Below, piece by piece: positions 1 to 11,356 of a DNA stretch of 64,000 nt; position 1 is the first letter of the stretch, and the number at the start of each line of letters is the position of its first letter. A program made the position numbers and the translations under genes. The stretch spans positions 47,864,001-47,928,000 of the forward strand of contig NC_043005.1 in NCBI RefSeq assembly GCF_006345805.1. Direction: 5' to 3'. This stretch comes from Octopus sinensis (lineage: Eukaryota). Under the pieces are notes generated by a model, which had not been told where the DNA came from, searched no databases, and saw only the letters and a list, made by a program, of their open reading frames with translations.

Positions 1-554
1 TAGGGATATATATATAGGTGTGTGATTTAGTGTATGTAGTTAGATATGGTTATATATAATTAGTTATATGTGTATGGGTGTATATATATAGTTTATTATT
101 ATATTATTATATTTTTTTGTTTGTTTTATATTTTATATTTTATATTTTATATTTTATATTTAATTGTTGATAGGTTTATTTTAGTTTATATATTGTTTAT
201 ATATTGATTATATATGGATTATATATAGGTTATATATGGATTATATATTATATTTTCATTAATACTTTAATTATTTTAAAATTATTATTTTTATATTTTA
301 AAATATTGATTTTTTAGATTGGAAGTCCACCTGAAGATTGTCGATCAAGACAAAAAACAATTGTAGTGGCGGTTTTTTTGACTATTTATTAAAATTTTAT
401 GTATTGATTAAGTCTTTCCTTGTTGTTTGTTTTGCAAAATAGTGGTTTTGTCTCTAATAATATTTTATAATATTTTACTATAAAATTGGATTTAATCCTA
501 AATCTGATTTTTTTTCCCTGTAAATTTGGATTTATTCCCTAATATTTAATATAT

Positions 555-560
<6 letters not shown>
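1..560 (+). mobile_element. Penelope-like element 3' end / pseudo-LTR-like tail abutting (TA)n
   Basis: G/T-skewed AT-rich tract, then a degenerate HHR (327-369), then a terminus ...TTATTCCCTAATATTTAA running into (TA)n. Same HHR-to-terminus-to-(TA)n order as the 3.3-kb and 24-kb elements. Confidence 0.5.
327..369 (+). ncRNA. Degenerate type I hammerhead ribozyme (G12 to A)
   Basis: CCAC-CTGAAGA-TTGTC gatcaa GACAA-AAAAC-aatt-GTA-GTGG. Helix I CCAC/GTGG, helix II 5 bp, palindromic helix III ACAATTGT, GUA site. GAAAC reads AAAAC. Confidence 0.55.
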
Positions 561-617
<57 letters not shown>

Positions 618-619
618 GA

Positions 620-778
620 TGAACTTCTTTCAGTTTCCATCTACCAGATCCACTCACAAGGCTTTGGTTGGCCTGAGGCTATAGTAGAAGACACTTGCCC
701 AAGGTACCATGCAACGGGACTGAACCTGGAATCATGTAGCTGGGAAGAAAGCTTCTTACCACACAACTACGCCTGTGG
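620..778 (-). mobile_element. tRNA-derived SINE family A (CORE-like), 5' part
   Basis: Reverse complement of head and body ...GGTTCAGTCCC...CTTGGGCAAGTGTCTTCTACTATAGCC, shared with more than 15 copies in the window. Confidence 0.85.
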
Positions 779-940
779 CTGATTACTTCTTCAGGTTTTG
801 TTTACCTTTTATAACTTATGATTAACCTTTCAGCATTCAGATTACTCCTTCATATATAATGCTTATTTATTCATATTGTCTTGAAGGCAAGTATCTTCTG
901 CTATAGCCTCAGGCCAACCAAAACCTTATGAGTGGATTTG

Positions 941-1124
941 GTAGATGGAAACTGAAAGAAGCCCAGTTCTGTATTTAAGAGATGCTGAAATATGTACATT
1001 ATTTACATTATTTACATTCGACGGCTATTTGTCCTCATCCTGTTTGTTGTTAACACAACGTTTCAGCTGATATACCCTCCAGCCTTCTTCAGGTGTCTCG
1101 GGGAAATTTTGAACCTGGGTTCTC
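941..1124. repeat. 184-bp direct duplication, copy 1 (copy 2 at 1621-1804)
   Basis: Identical at an offset of 680 bp except 2 substitutions. Spans a SINE-A/HHR-SINE junction. Confidence 0.9.
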
Positions 1125-1135
1125 ATTCAATGCTG

Positions 1136-1203
<68 letters not shown>

Positions 1204-1282
1204 GTTCAGGTCACTGCTTGGAATCGAACTTGGAATCTTGGGAGTTAGTAGCCCGCACTCTTAACCACTATGCCATATGCCC
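964..1282 (-). mobile_element. tRNA-headed SINE carrying a hammerhead ribozyme (HHR-SINE), full copy
   Basis: Minus strand reads GGGCATATGGCATAGTGGTTAAG (A box) ...GTTCGATTCC (B box), (AAT)n, HHR, (AATGTAAAT)n tail. Homologous to 16509-16800. Confidence 0.85.
1052..1097 (-). ncRNA. Minimal type I hammerhead ribozyme (Penelope-type)
   Basis: Minus strand: GACAC-CUGAAGA-A-GGCUG gaggguauau CAGCU-GAAAC-GU-U-GUGUU. Helix I 5 bp, helix II 5 bp, palindromic ACGU helix III, GUU site. Confidence 0.75.
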
Positions 1283-1620
1283 GGTAGAATAAGTACAAGG
1301 CATGAGAAATAAGTCATGAGATCAATTTGTTTGACTAAAACCCTTCAAGGTAGTGCTCCAGCATAGCCAAGGAGAAAGAATTTGATAAGTATGGAGAATA
1401 AGTAAGGCTGGAATATCTTTGATCAGGTCATAAATCTACTCAATCAAAGATGACTTGAGTTTAAGCAACAATAACGACAACAAAATTTAAGAAGCCGTGA
1501 TGATAGTCACAGCAGTATAAGAGATGCAATCATGTCATCCTTTTATCTCTTATTGTTTACTGGTTTCAGTCATTGGGCTGTGGCCATGTTGGGGCATTAT
1601 CTTGAAGAGTTTTTTTTTTA

Positions 1621-1804
1621 GTAGATGGAAACTGAAAGAAGCCCAGTTCTGTATTTAAGAGATGCTGAAATATGTACATTATTTACATTATTTACATTCG
1701 ACGGCTATTTGTCCTCATCCTGTTTGTTGTTAACACAACGTTTCAGCTGATATACCCTCCAGCCTTCTTCAGGTGTCTTGGGGAAATTTCGAACCTGGGT
1801 TCTC
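1621..1804. repeat. 184-bp direct duplication, copy 2
   Basis: See 941-1124. Confidence 0.9.
1732..1777 (-). ncRNA. Minimal type I hammerhead ribozyme (duplicated copy)
   Basis: Identical to 1052-1097. Confidence 0.75.
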
Positions 1805-1809
1805 TTTTT

Positions 1810-2326
1810 TTTTCCAGCCTGGTACTTATTCTTTCAGACTCTTTTGCTGAACTGCTAAGTCGTGAGGGATGTAAACACACCAACACCAGTCATCAAGTGG
1901 TGGTGGGAGACAAACACAGACACAAAGACATACACATATATATATATATATGTATATACAACAGACCACTTACACTTTCCCTCTGCCAAATTCACTCAGA
2001 AGGCTTTGGTCAACTCAAACTATGCCCAAGTTGCCACACAGAGACTGAACTCAGAACCATGGGGTAGGGAAGCAAGCTTCTTATCACACAGCCACACCTG
2101 TACCTCCTTTATTCTTTTACTCTTTTACTTGTTTCAGTCATTTGACTGTGGCCATGCTGGAGTACTGCCTTTAGTCGACCAAATCGACCCCAGGACTTAT
2201 TCTTTGTAAGCCTAGTACTTATTCTATCGGTCTCTTTTGCCAAACCGCTAAGTTATGGGGACATAAACACACCAGCATCGATTGCCGAGCGATGTTGGGG
2301 GGTGAGGCACAGACACACAAACATAT

Positions 2327-2371
<45 letters not shown>

Positions 2372-2495
2372 ACATATATATGATGGGCTTCTTTCAGTTT
2401 CCGTCTACCAAATTGACTCACAAGAGGCTTTGGTCGGCCCGAGGCTATAGTAGAAGACACTTGCTCAAGGTGCCATGCTACTTACCACATAGCCA
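1810..2495 (-). mobile_element. Two adjacent SINE family A copies
   Basis: Tail ...CTTTTACTTGTTTCAGTCATTTGACTGTGGCCATGCTGGAG, internal (CA/TA)n and tRNA-like head, repeated twice. Confidence 0.85.
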
Positions 2496-3566
2496 CTCCT
2501 ACACCAGTACATTTTGAACTTAAACATTTTTATATTTAGATTTAGATAACTTCTTCTTCAAACACTTATTTTGTCTTTTTTTTTTTTTTTCCATTGCAAA
2601 CTTGATATATTAGTATGATAATATTAAATTACATGAAACTGAAATCCATTAAACAATGTTTTCAGCCATCTTCCTTTTATTGTAGTTTATCTTTGCATAT
2701 GGTTCTGTCACTTCGCTTATATTTCTGTTATTTGATTTTCAAGTGTCCTTTTGAGATCTGCAGATATTTAACCTCAAAAGTGTATCTGTATAAACCCATC
2801 CCCAAAGTGCTGATAGTGAACACTAGAAATGGTTACACCTAACCATTGCTTTGACATTTCTGACAATAATCTTTTATAATCCAACAACAAAAGTGAGAAA
2901 TTGCAAATGAAATAATCCCATCATAAATTTGAAACCTCAAGACATGTTTCTGCGGTTCCTTTTATCTGAGCATTTGCTACTCCATGCAAATGACACTTGA
3001 ATTTTTCACGTCTCACAGACTTCAAATCTTTGTCATTGCTAATCAAATTTAAATAAAATCTTATATAGTTGTTGGATGTGTAATTGTAATATAGCAAACA
3101 GATATTTAATCAAAAATGAGAATATAGGGGTATACTTCACTTTAACAGCAGTGGATATATAAAAGATGAGTGACGCAAGGAAAACATAGAATGACATTGT
3201 TACTCAACTTATAATATTGTGTCCTCTTTCTAAAGCAAACTCCAAGGTTGAAACCAAAATGGAATATATATATATATATATATTTCAACAATTGAGGGTA
3301 AAATTAATTAATTAATCAATTTCACCAAGTGTTCAGTATGCAAAGGGACCATTTAAGGCGAATTCAAATTATTACATTATATAAAAGGGCTTAGTAAAAT
3401 AAATTACTTTGCCGCATACTGAACTCATTAGAAATAGCAGCTAAAAAAACATTTATAAAACTATTTCTAATACTTAAAGAAAACCTCTCTCATATAGTGT
3501 TTGCTCAATTCAACTCACGGAAGTATGGGGGGTAGAGACATTAAAAAATCAGATGCAAAGGTTATT

Positions 3567-3619
3567 TGAGAACGTACGTTTCAAGATTAGTCAAACTCGA
3601 CACTTCTATCATCAGCTCA
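3567..3619 (-). ncRNA. Type I hammerhead ribozyme with intact core (array unit 1)
   Basis: Minus strand: UGAG-CUGAUGA-UAGAAGUGUCGAGUUUGACUAAUCUU-GAAAC-GUAC-GU-U-CUCA. Palindromic helix III ACGUACGU; predicted cut between 3571 and 3570. Confidence 0.75.
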
Positions 3620-4123
3620 GAACTCCCTGGTTTGGATTTGAAAACACTGAAAGTGGGAGCATACTCCTTCGGCCTCCTATCACTTCTGAAGATCGCTCGT
3701 AACTAACAGTGCCAACAAACTCAAATATGCAAGCGAAGAATTTCTGCTCTCCCCTTTCCACCAGCGTGGGTTAAAATCAGCAAACACTATGCTTTTTTCG
3801 GTAAAATCCGAGGCATTTAAATAGAGAGAGATGAATTATAATTTCAACAATTGAGGGTAAAATTAATTAATTAATCAATTTCACCAAGTGTTCAGTATGC
3901 GAAGGGACCATTTAAGGCGAATTCAAATTATTACATTATATAAAAGGGCTTAGTAAAATAAATTACTTTGCCGCATACTGAACTCATTAGAATAGCAGCT
4001 AAAAAAACATTTATAAAACTATTTCTAATACTTAAAGAAAACCTCTCTCATATAGTGTTTGCTCATTCAACTCACGGAAGTATGGGGGGTAGAGACATTA
4101 AAAAATCAGATGCAAAGGTTATT

Positions 4124-4176
4124 TGAGAACGTACGTTTCAAGATTAGTCAAACTCGACACTTCTATCACCAGCTCA
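4124..4176 (-). ncRNA. Array HHR unit 2 (core CUGGUGA, A6G)
   Basis: + strand TTCTATCACCAGCTCA versus TTCTATCATCAGCTCA in unit 1. Confidence 0.65.
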
Positions 4177-4681
4177 GAACTCCCTGGTTTGGATTTGAAA
4201 ACACTGAAAGTGGGAGCATACTCCTTCGGCCTCCTATCGCTTCTGAAGATCCGCTCGTAACTAACAGTGCCAACAAACTCAAATATGCAAACGAAGAATT
4301 TCTGCTCTCCCCTTTCCACCAGCGTGGGTTAAAATCAGCAAACACTATGCTTTTTTCGTAAAATCCGAGGCATTTAAATAGAGAGAGATGAATTATAATT
4401 TCAACAATTGAGGGTAAAATTAATTAATTAATCAATTTCACCAGTGTTCAGTATGCAAAGGGACCATTTAAGGCGAATTCAAATTATTACATTATATAAA
4501 AGGGCTTAGTAAAATAAATTACTTTGCCGCATACTGAACTCATTAGAAATAGCAGCTAAAAAAACATTTATAAAACTATTTCTAATACTTAAAGAAAACC
4601 TCTCTCATATAGTGTTTGCTCAATTCAACTCACGGAAGTATGGGGGGTAGAGACATTAAAAAATCAGATGCAAAGGTTATT

Positions 4682-4734
4682 TGAGAACGTACGTTTCAAG
4701 ATTAGTCAAACTCGACACTTCTATCACCAGCTCA
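4682..4734 (-). ncRNA. Array HHR unit 3 (A6G)
   Basis: As unit 2. Confidence 0.65.
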
Positions 4735-5241
4735 GAACTCCCTGGTTTGGATTTGAAAACACTGAAAGTGGGAGCATACTCCTTCGGCCTCCTATCGCTT
4801 CTGAAGATCCGCTCGTAACTAACAGTGCCAACAAACCCAAATATGCAAGCGAAGAATTTCTGCTCTCCCCTTACACCAGCGTGGGTTAAAATCAGCAAAC
4901 ACTATGCTTTTTTCGGTAAAATCCGAGGCATTTAAATAGAGAGAGATGAATTATAATTTCAACAATTGAGGGTAAAATTAATTAATTAATCAATTTCACC
5001 AAGTGTTCAGTATGCAAAGGGACCATTTAAGGCGAATTCAAATTATTACATTATATAAAAGGGCTTAGTAAAATAAATTACTTTGCCGCATACTGAACTC
5101 ATTAGAAATAGCAGCTAAAAAAAACATTTATAAAACTATTTCTAATACTTAAAGAAAACCTCTCTCATATAGTGTTTGCTCAATTCAACTCACGGAAGTA
5201 TGGGGGGTAGAGACATTAAAAAATCAGATGCAAAGGTTATT

Positions 5242-5294
5242 TGAGAACGTACGTTTCAAGATTAGTCAAACTCGACACTTCTATCACCAGCTCA
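5242..5294 (-). ncRNA. Array HHR unit 4 (A6G)
   Basis: As unit 2. Confidence 0.65.
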
Positions 5295-5799
5295 GAACTC
5301 CCTGGTTTGGATTTGAAAACACTGAAAGTGGGAGCATACTCCTTCGGCCTCTATCGCTTCTGAAGATCCGCTCGTAACTAACAGTGCCAACAAACTCAAA
5401 TATGCAAGCGAAGAATTTCTGCTCTCCCCTTTCCACCAGCGTGGGTTAAAATCAGCAAACACTATGCTTTTTTCGGTAAAATCCGAGGCATTTAAATAGA
5501 GAGAGATGAATTATAATTTCAACAATTGAGGGTAAAATAATTAATTAATCAATTTCACCAAGTGTTCAGTATGCGAAGGGACCATTTAAGGCGAATTCAA
5601 ATTATTACATTATATAAAAGGGCTTAGTAAAATAAATTACTTTGCCGCATACTGAACTCATTAGAATAGCAGCTAAAAAAAACATTTATAAAACTATTTC
5701 TAATACTTAAAGAAAACCTCTCTCATATAGTGTTTGCTCAATTCAACTCACGGAAGTATGGGGGGTAGAGACATTAAAAAATCAGATGCAAAGGTTATT

Positions 5800-5852
5800 T
5801 GAGAACGTACGTTTCAAGATTAGTCAAACTCGACACTTCTATCACCAGCTCA
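5800..5852 (-). ncRNA. Array HHR unit 5 (A6G)
   Basis: As unit 2. The array is truncated 33 bp further right. Confidence 0.65.
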
Positions 5853-6179
5853 GAACTCCCTGGTTTGGATTTGAAAACACTGAAATATCAATATATATAC
5901 TGAAATATAAACACTGAAATATCAATATATATATATTGATAGACAGATGGATATAGATTTATATATATGACACAGACACACACACATATGTGTGGGGCAT
6001 TTAACTTCCCTGTCAGTACATAGACTTGTATTCTGTTTGTAGCTATAAGGGCCTTTGACTCTTGTTTCTAGCAATATAGGTCCTTCACTGCAGCCTTAGT
6101 CATTATTAGTGACAACTGAATTTTTGCTTTTTGGTTTTATATTGTGTCTAACCACTTTTATATATATTTTATTTTTTTA

Positions 6180-7012
6180 TTTATTCTTTTACTTGTTTCA
6201 GTCATTGACTGCAGCCATGCTGGAGCATCACCTTACTTAAAGAAATTGACCCCAGGACTTATTCTTTGTAAGCCTAGTACTTACTCTATTGGTCTCCTTT
6301 GCCAAACTGCTAAGTTTCAGGAATGTAAACACACCATCGGTTGTCAAGCAATGGTGGGGAAACAAACACAGATACACACAAATATATACATACACACATA
6401 CATACATACATACATGCATACATACATACATACATACATATATATGTATATATACACGACAAGCTTCTTTCAGTTTCCGTCTACCAAATCCACTCACAAG
6501 GCTTTGGTCTGCCCAAAGCTATAGTAGAAGACACTTGCCCCAAAATGCCACGCAGTGGAACTGAGCCCAGAACCATGTTGTTGGGAAGCAAGCTTCTTGC
6601 CACACAGCCACTATATATTCTTTTATTTGTTTTAGTCATTTAATTGCAGCTATGCTGGAGCACGGTCTTTAGTTGAACAAACTGACCCCAGATCTTATTC
6701 TTTGTAAGCCTAGTACTTATTCTGTCGATCTCTTTTGCTGAACTGCTAAGTTATGTGAACATAAACACACCATCATCGGTTGTCAAACAATAGTAGGAGG
6801 ACAAACACAGACGCACAAATACACACATTCATCCATATATATTTATATATAACAGGCTTCTTTCAGTTTCCATCTACCAAATCCACCCACAAGGCTTTGG
6901 TTGGCCTGAGGCTATAGTAGAAGACACTTACCCAAGGTGCTACACACAGTGGCACGGGACCCGGAACCATGTATTTGAGAAGCAAGCTACTTACCACACA
7001 GCTACTCCTGCA
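6180..7012 (-). mobile_element. Two tandem SINE family A copies
   Basis: Same head, body and tail as other family A copies. Confidence 0.85.
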
Positions 7013-7429
7013 CCTATGCATACATACATACATACATACATACATATGCTGGTGCAGAAAATGGTTCCCCTTAGTATATGCAGTAAGAAGTGACATGGTC
7101 AAAATCCTAAGACAAAGATCATCAGACCTGATAGACTTTTGTAACTTTTGTAATTCTCCATAAATGGAATAACAATTGCCATTGTTGCCATGGAAATAGG
7201 ATTTGTGGTGATGGTGTTGAGGAATAATATTAATCAGACTTTCTCACATGACATAATTATTATTGATTTTGAATTCAAATCTCACCAAGGTTTACTTCAA
7301 CATTCCACCTTGTTGGGTTGACAAAATATGAATATCAGTCTGGTACTCAATTTACTGTAGTCAATATCCTTTCTGTAAAATTTGTGACTGTGGGCCTAGG
7401 TTAAATATCATTATAATCGTTATGAGAAA

Positions 7430-7630
7430 GGTGGTGAATTGGCAGAATCGTTAGCATACCAGATGAAATGTTTAGCAATATTTTGCCCGTCGCTATGTTC
7501 TGAGTTCAAATCTTGGCAAGGTTGACTTTACCATTTATCTTTCCAGGGTGGATAAATTAAATACTTGTGAAATTCTGAGGTCGATGTAATCAACTAGTCC
7601 CCTTCCCCACAAATTTCAGGCCTTATGCCT
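7430..7630 (+). mobile_element. tRNA-derived SINE family B (Meta/MESC-like central domain, tentative)
   Basis: GGTGAATTGGCAGAATCGTTAGC...GAGTTCAAAT...GACTTT..CATT..TCTTTCCAGGGTGGATAAATTAA. More than 10 homologous copies in the window. Confidence 0.8.
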
Positions 7631-7898
7631 TTATTATTATTATTATTATGGAAAATAAAACTTTTTTTCTTGACACCTGCTGCATTTACACATTATCCAC
7701 TGAGCACCACCCAGACACCTGAGATAATGAATAAGATGTTCTAAATTCATTTAATGGTAGTATGATAGTGAAAAATGCTAGGTTAAAAAGAAAAGTTCAT
7801 TTAAGTGCTCAATAAAAATTCTTTAGAACAATAAAATTTAAGATGATAGTTGTTGTTGTTGGTAGTGGTGGTGGTGGTGGCATTATTATTATTATTAT

Positions 7899-8453
7899 TG
7901 AGTGAGAGAGCAGTGCATGCCATCAAAGTGACACTGGGGTAAAATATACAAAGCCCAGCATACCCATCATGACTACCCGTCTGATAAGGGTACACCAGGC
8001 ACATGCATCACAACCATATGTGCACGACATGGTGATCTCATATCAAGATAAACAGCGCATGACCTTGCAGGTGGGGCCCAGTTAGAATTTCCTTCTGGTC
8101 AGGTAGCCCATTCCACTCAAAACATCCTGAATAAGGATTGTTTAAGGATGTTGAACAAAACACCCATGTTTCCAAAGGTGAATTATCCAAACCTCTAAGA
8201 ATTCCTTTCAACACATGGCTATGATGCTCCCCCACTACTTCTGCTCGTGATCAGAGATGCACACATCGTCAGCCACTAAGGGACATGCTCAACTGGTTAA
8301 AGTCAAACAACTGACAAGCAAATCTGTGGTATTGAGCAGAATATTTGCTGTAAGCCCATCTTTTATACCAAGACAAAACAATGTACATGATAACACTTCC
8401 AATCAGTTAAGATCAGAAGCCATGAGAGCCACTGCCTGGTACTGCATCAGGGC

Positions 8454-8456
<3 letters not shown>
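7899..8456. mobile_element. Non-coding repeat embedded in (ATT)n; partial second copy at 56575-56810
   Basis: Flanked by (ATT)n on both sides. GAGAGAGCA.....TGCCAT.AAAGTGACA.TGGGGT... matches 56580 onward. Confidence 0.7.
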
Positions 8457-8508
<52 letters not shown>

Positions 8509-8599
8509 GTTAAAGCATGTTTCTTCTGTTGGGTATCTGACCTGTAGAGTACATGTTGTCGGGGTTGTTGATTTTATTGCATATTTATTTATGAAGTAT

Positions 8600-8740
8600 G
8601 TCTTGAGTTTGTGGATTGTTTTATTTGGAATGTACTACTGAACTGATGATGTAGACTGTTCCTAGCAGGGCTATTTTTTTAGACTGTGTATAGTTTTGAG
8701 GATCCTGGTATAGCCTCTACATTTTCGTTTATATCATTAT
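8600..8740 (-). mobile_element. R4/Dong-like non-LTR retrotransposon C-terminal remnant
   Basis: Minus strand encodes ...EAIPGSSKLYTV*KIALLGTVYII..., resembling the QKIALLGTAHILR C-terminal motif of this clade. Confidence 0.5.
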
Positions 8741-9107
8741 TGTTGTTGTTGAGGTTGTTTGGGGCCTTGTGCCTCCAGTAGAAAAGAAAGGATTATTATT
8801 GTTGTTGTTGTTGTTGTTGTCTTCTTCCAATCAGGACTCACGCCATCAGCCACAAAGAATAATCTCTAATTCGAGCCTATTCTAAGCTACTAAGAATGCG
8901 TGTGGCAACTTGAAGATCCACCCACCACACACGATAGACTGCTGGTTGCACGGGCGCGAAAGCTACATTGTTATCCTCATTCCAAAAACGGTGGCTTTTA
9001 ACGGGTGGAGAGCTGAACCATCCTGGGGTACATAGTATTTGCAATCTAGACTAGGGTCTGAAAGTTTACCACACCATAGTGGGTTAAACCAAGGTTCCTC
9101 TGCTTTG

Positions 9108-9305
9108 TGGCAGAAGTAGGAAGAATGAGTGAGAGAAAGTTGTGGTGAAAGAGTACAGCGGGGTTCACCACCACCTGCTGCCAGAGTCTTGTGGAGCTTA
9201 GGTGTTTTTGCTCAAAAAGCACTCACAATGCTTGGTCTGGGAATCGAAATGACATTCTTACGACCACGAGTTCGCCGCCCTAACCACTGGGCCATTGCAC
9301 CTCCA
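9108..9305 (-). mobile_element. tRNA-derived SINE family D, 5' part
   Basis: Minus strand GGAGGTGCAATGGCCCAGTGGTTAGGGCGGCGAACTCG...TTTCGATTCCCAGACC. Homologous to 63653-63951. Confidence 0.8.
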
Positions 9306-9544
9306 CTACTGTCGTTGTTGCTGCTGCTGGTGTATTTTAGAATGCCATTTGTTATTGTCCAAAAAGATCTGATTATTACAGGTATAACTGTCATCCTTAG
9401 ATACCACATTTTTGAAACCTGTATTCTAAAGTACTTCTTAAGGTTAATCTCTACAGATTATCTATAGAAATTATAGCCAGCGCTAATTTGTTATGATGTT
9501 TCGTATCCGAATATGTCTAATGTAAACAATGCAATCAAAGATGG

Positions 9545-9880
9545 AGAACCACATGGTTCAGGGTTCAGTCCCACTCCGTGGCACCTTGGGCATGTGTCTT
9601 CTACTATAGCCTCAAGCCAACCAAAGCCTTGTGCGTGAATTTGGTAGATGGAAACTGAAAGAAGCCTGTTGCATGTATGTATATATATATGTTAGTGTGT
9701 GCGTATGTTTGTGTGTCTGTGTTTGTCTCCCCAACATTGCTTGACAACCCATGCTGGTGTGTTTACGTCCCCGTAACTTAGCTGTTTGGCAAAAGAGACC
9801 GATAGAGTAAGTACTAGGCTTACAAAGAATAAGTCTTAGGGATGGCTGCAGTCAAATGACTGAAACGAGTAAAAGAGTAA
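9545..9880 (+). mobile_element. SINE family A
   Basis: AACCACATGGTTCAGGGTTCAGTCCCACT...GAAACGAGTAAAAGAG. Confidence 0.85.
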
Positions 9881-10284
9881 ATAGTTGATGGGTATATATA
9901 CCATATTTCAGGAATTCTTGTACCTTCTTCCTTGGGTAAGTGTCTTTATTCTATAACCTCAGGCTTACCAAAGCTTTGTGAGTGGATTTGGTAGATAGAA
10001 ACTGAAAGAAGCCTGTCATATATGTGTGTGTATGTGTGTGTGTGTGTCTTTGCATCTGTATTTGTCCCCCTCATCACCACCTTCTTGCTTCAACACCACA
10101 TCCAACCCATTAGCCATCCATGAACTCATTGCAAATACATACATATTGATAGCTATTTTAAGGACCTTAGTATAATTTCCTGGTGTGTAGTTGAGTATTG
10201 TGTAGCTGAGAAGAAGTGAAACATGTATATGCAAGGCTGTTTGTTGTTCAGAATAGGTAAGAATCAAAACTGGTCTGGCTCTAC

Positions 10285-10690
10285 ATCAATTATGATGACA
10301 ATAGTTCCAGCTGATCTGATGACTGGAACAGCTTGCTCGTGAAATTAACATGCAAGTGGCTGAGCACTTCCCAGACATGCATACCCTTAACCCTTTAGCA
10401 TTCAAACTGGCCATATCCGGCCCAAATATTCTACTTGTTTTATGCCTAAATTTGCCAGATACAACCTTTTATACCTATCCCACAATTTGATTCTGAAAAA
10501 TTAACAATCACATTATTGAAATCTTGAAGCAATGAGCTAATGCATGGTTGATTCAAAACAATGTGAATAAATAAGCATTACATTTGACAAAATAATCTGA
10601 ACTCTAAAGGGTTAATGTAGTTCTCAGAGAGATTCATTGTGACAAGGTGAGCCCTTTGAACTGTATGTACAACTCCGTTTTTGTCAGCTG
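10285..10690 (-). mobile_element. SINE family D 3' part interrupted by a TTAA MITE
   Basis: GTGGCTGAGCACT...CCCTTAA|MITE|TTAATGTAGTTCTC. The uninterrupted version is at about 22465-22500. Confidence 0.7.
10387..10615. mobile_element. TTAA-flanked MITE (piggyBac-like termini)
   Basis: TTAA-CCCTTTAGCATTC ... GAACTCTAAAGGG-TTAA. Homologues at 17551-18184 and 53762-53989. Confidence 0.85.
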
Positions 10691-11282
10691 AGCGGACTGG
10701 AACAACAAGAAATAAAAGTGCCTTGCTCAAGGACATAATGCATGTCTGAGAATTGAACCCAGAGCTGAAAACCCGTCATTAGGCCATGAATAACACATTA
10801 AATTTGTTAATATGCTTTTTGTTCTAGTTTAATTTTTATTTTTAGTCTGAGGAATTTTTGTGGAGGTGATCAACAGATGTAGCTTGTTACAGTATAAAAA
10901 GGTGTTATTTTCAATGATTCATTGAAGTTAGCATTGTTTTAACCCATGCACTGTAACAATAAACCTTGATATAATGTAAAACTGTTGATAGTTTCATTAT
11001 TTCTGTCAGATGTAATGGCAACGGCCGAAGAGTGTTTAGTCATCTTTTCATGAGGGTTACTATATCCTTTATGTGTTGCATGCAATGCCTAAAATTTTAG
11101 TATGTGCAATGCTGTGACATTATGGAGTGTGATAAAGAACAGAATTATTCAGTGATGGATTTAGCAAGCAGAGCTTTTAATCTGTTCGTATGCTACCAGG
11201 ATTTCTAGTTTGTCAGAATGAAGGTAAATCCATAACTGGTATGATATAAGACATTGTGATTTTAATGATGTGAATGCAAATT

Positions 11283-11356
<74 letters not shown>

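Larger units (their letters stand above)
3283..5885 (-). repeat. Tandem array of about 558-bp HHR-containing units (4 full plus 1 partial), flanked by (TA)n
   Basis: Units start TTTCAACAATTGAGGGTAAAA at 3283, 3842, 4399, 4957 and 5517 (559/557/558/560 bp). They are near-identical and differ mostly by 1-nt indels. Confidence 0.97.

Noticed and set aside
4059-4898. ORFs inside the array units (QRLFENVRFKISQTRHF...)
   Set aside because: They are broken by indels in other units and overlap the HHR. No recognisable domain.
3283-5885. CRISPR-like or prokaryotic array interpretation
   Set aside because: Full-length 558-bp units with no unique spacers, in a eukaryotic repeat context.
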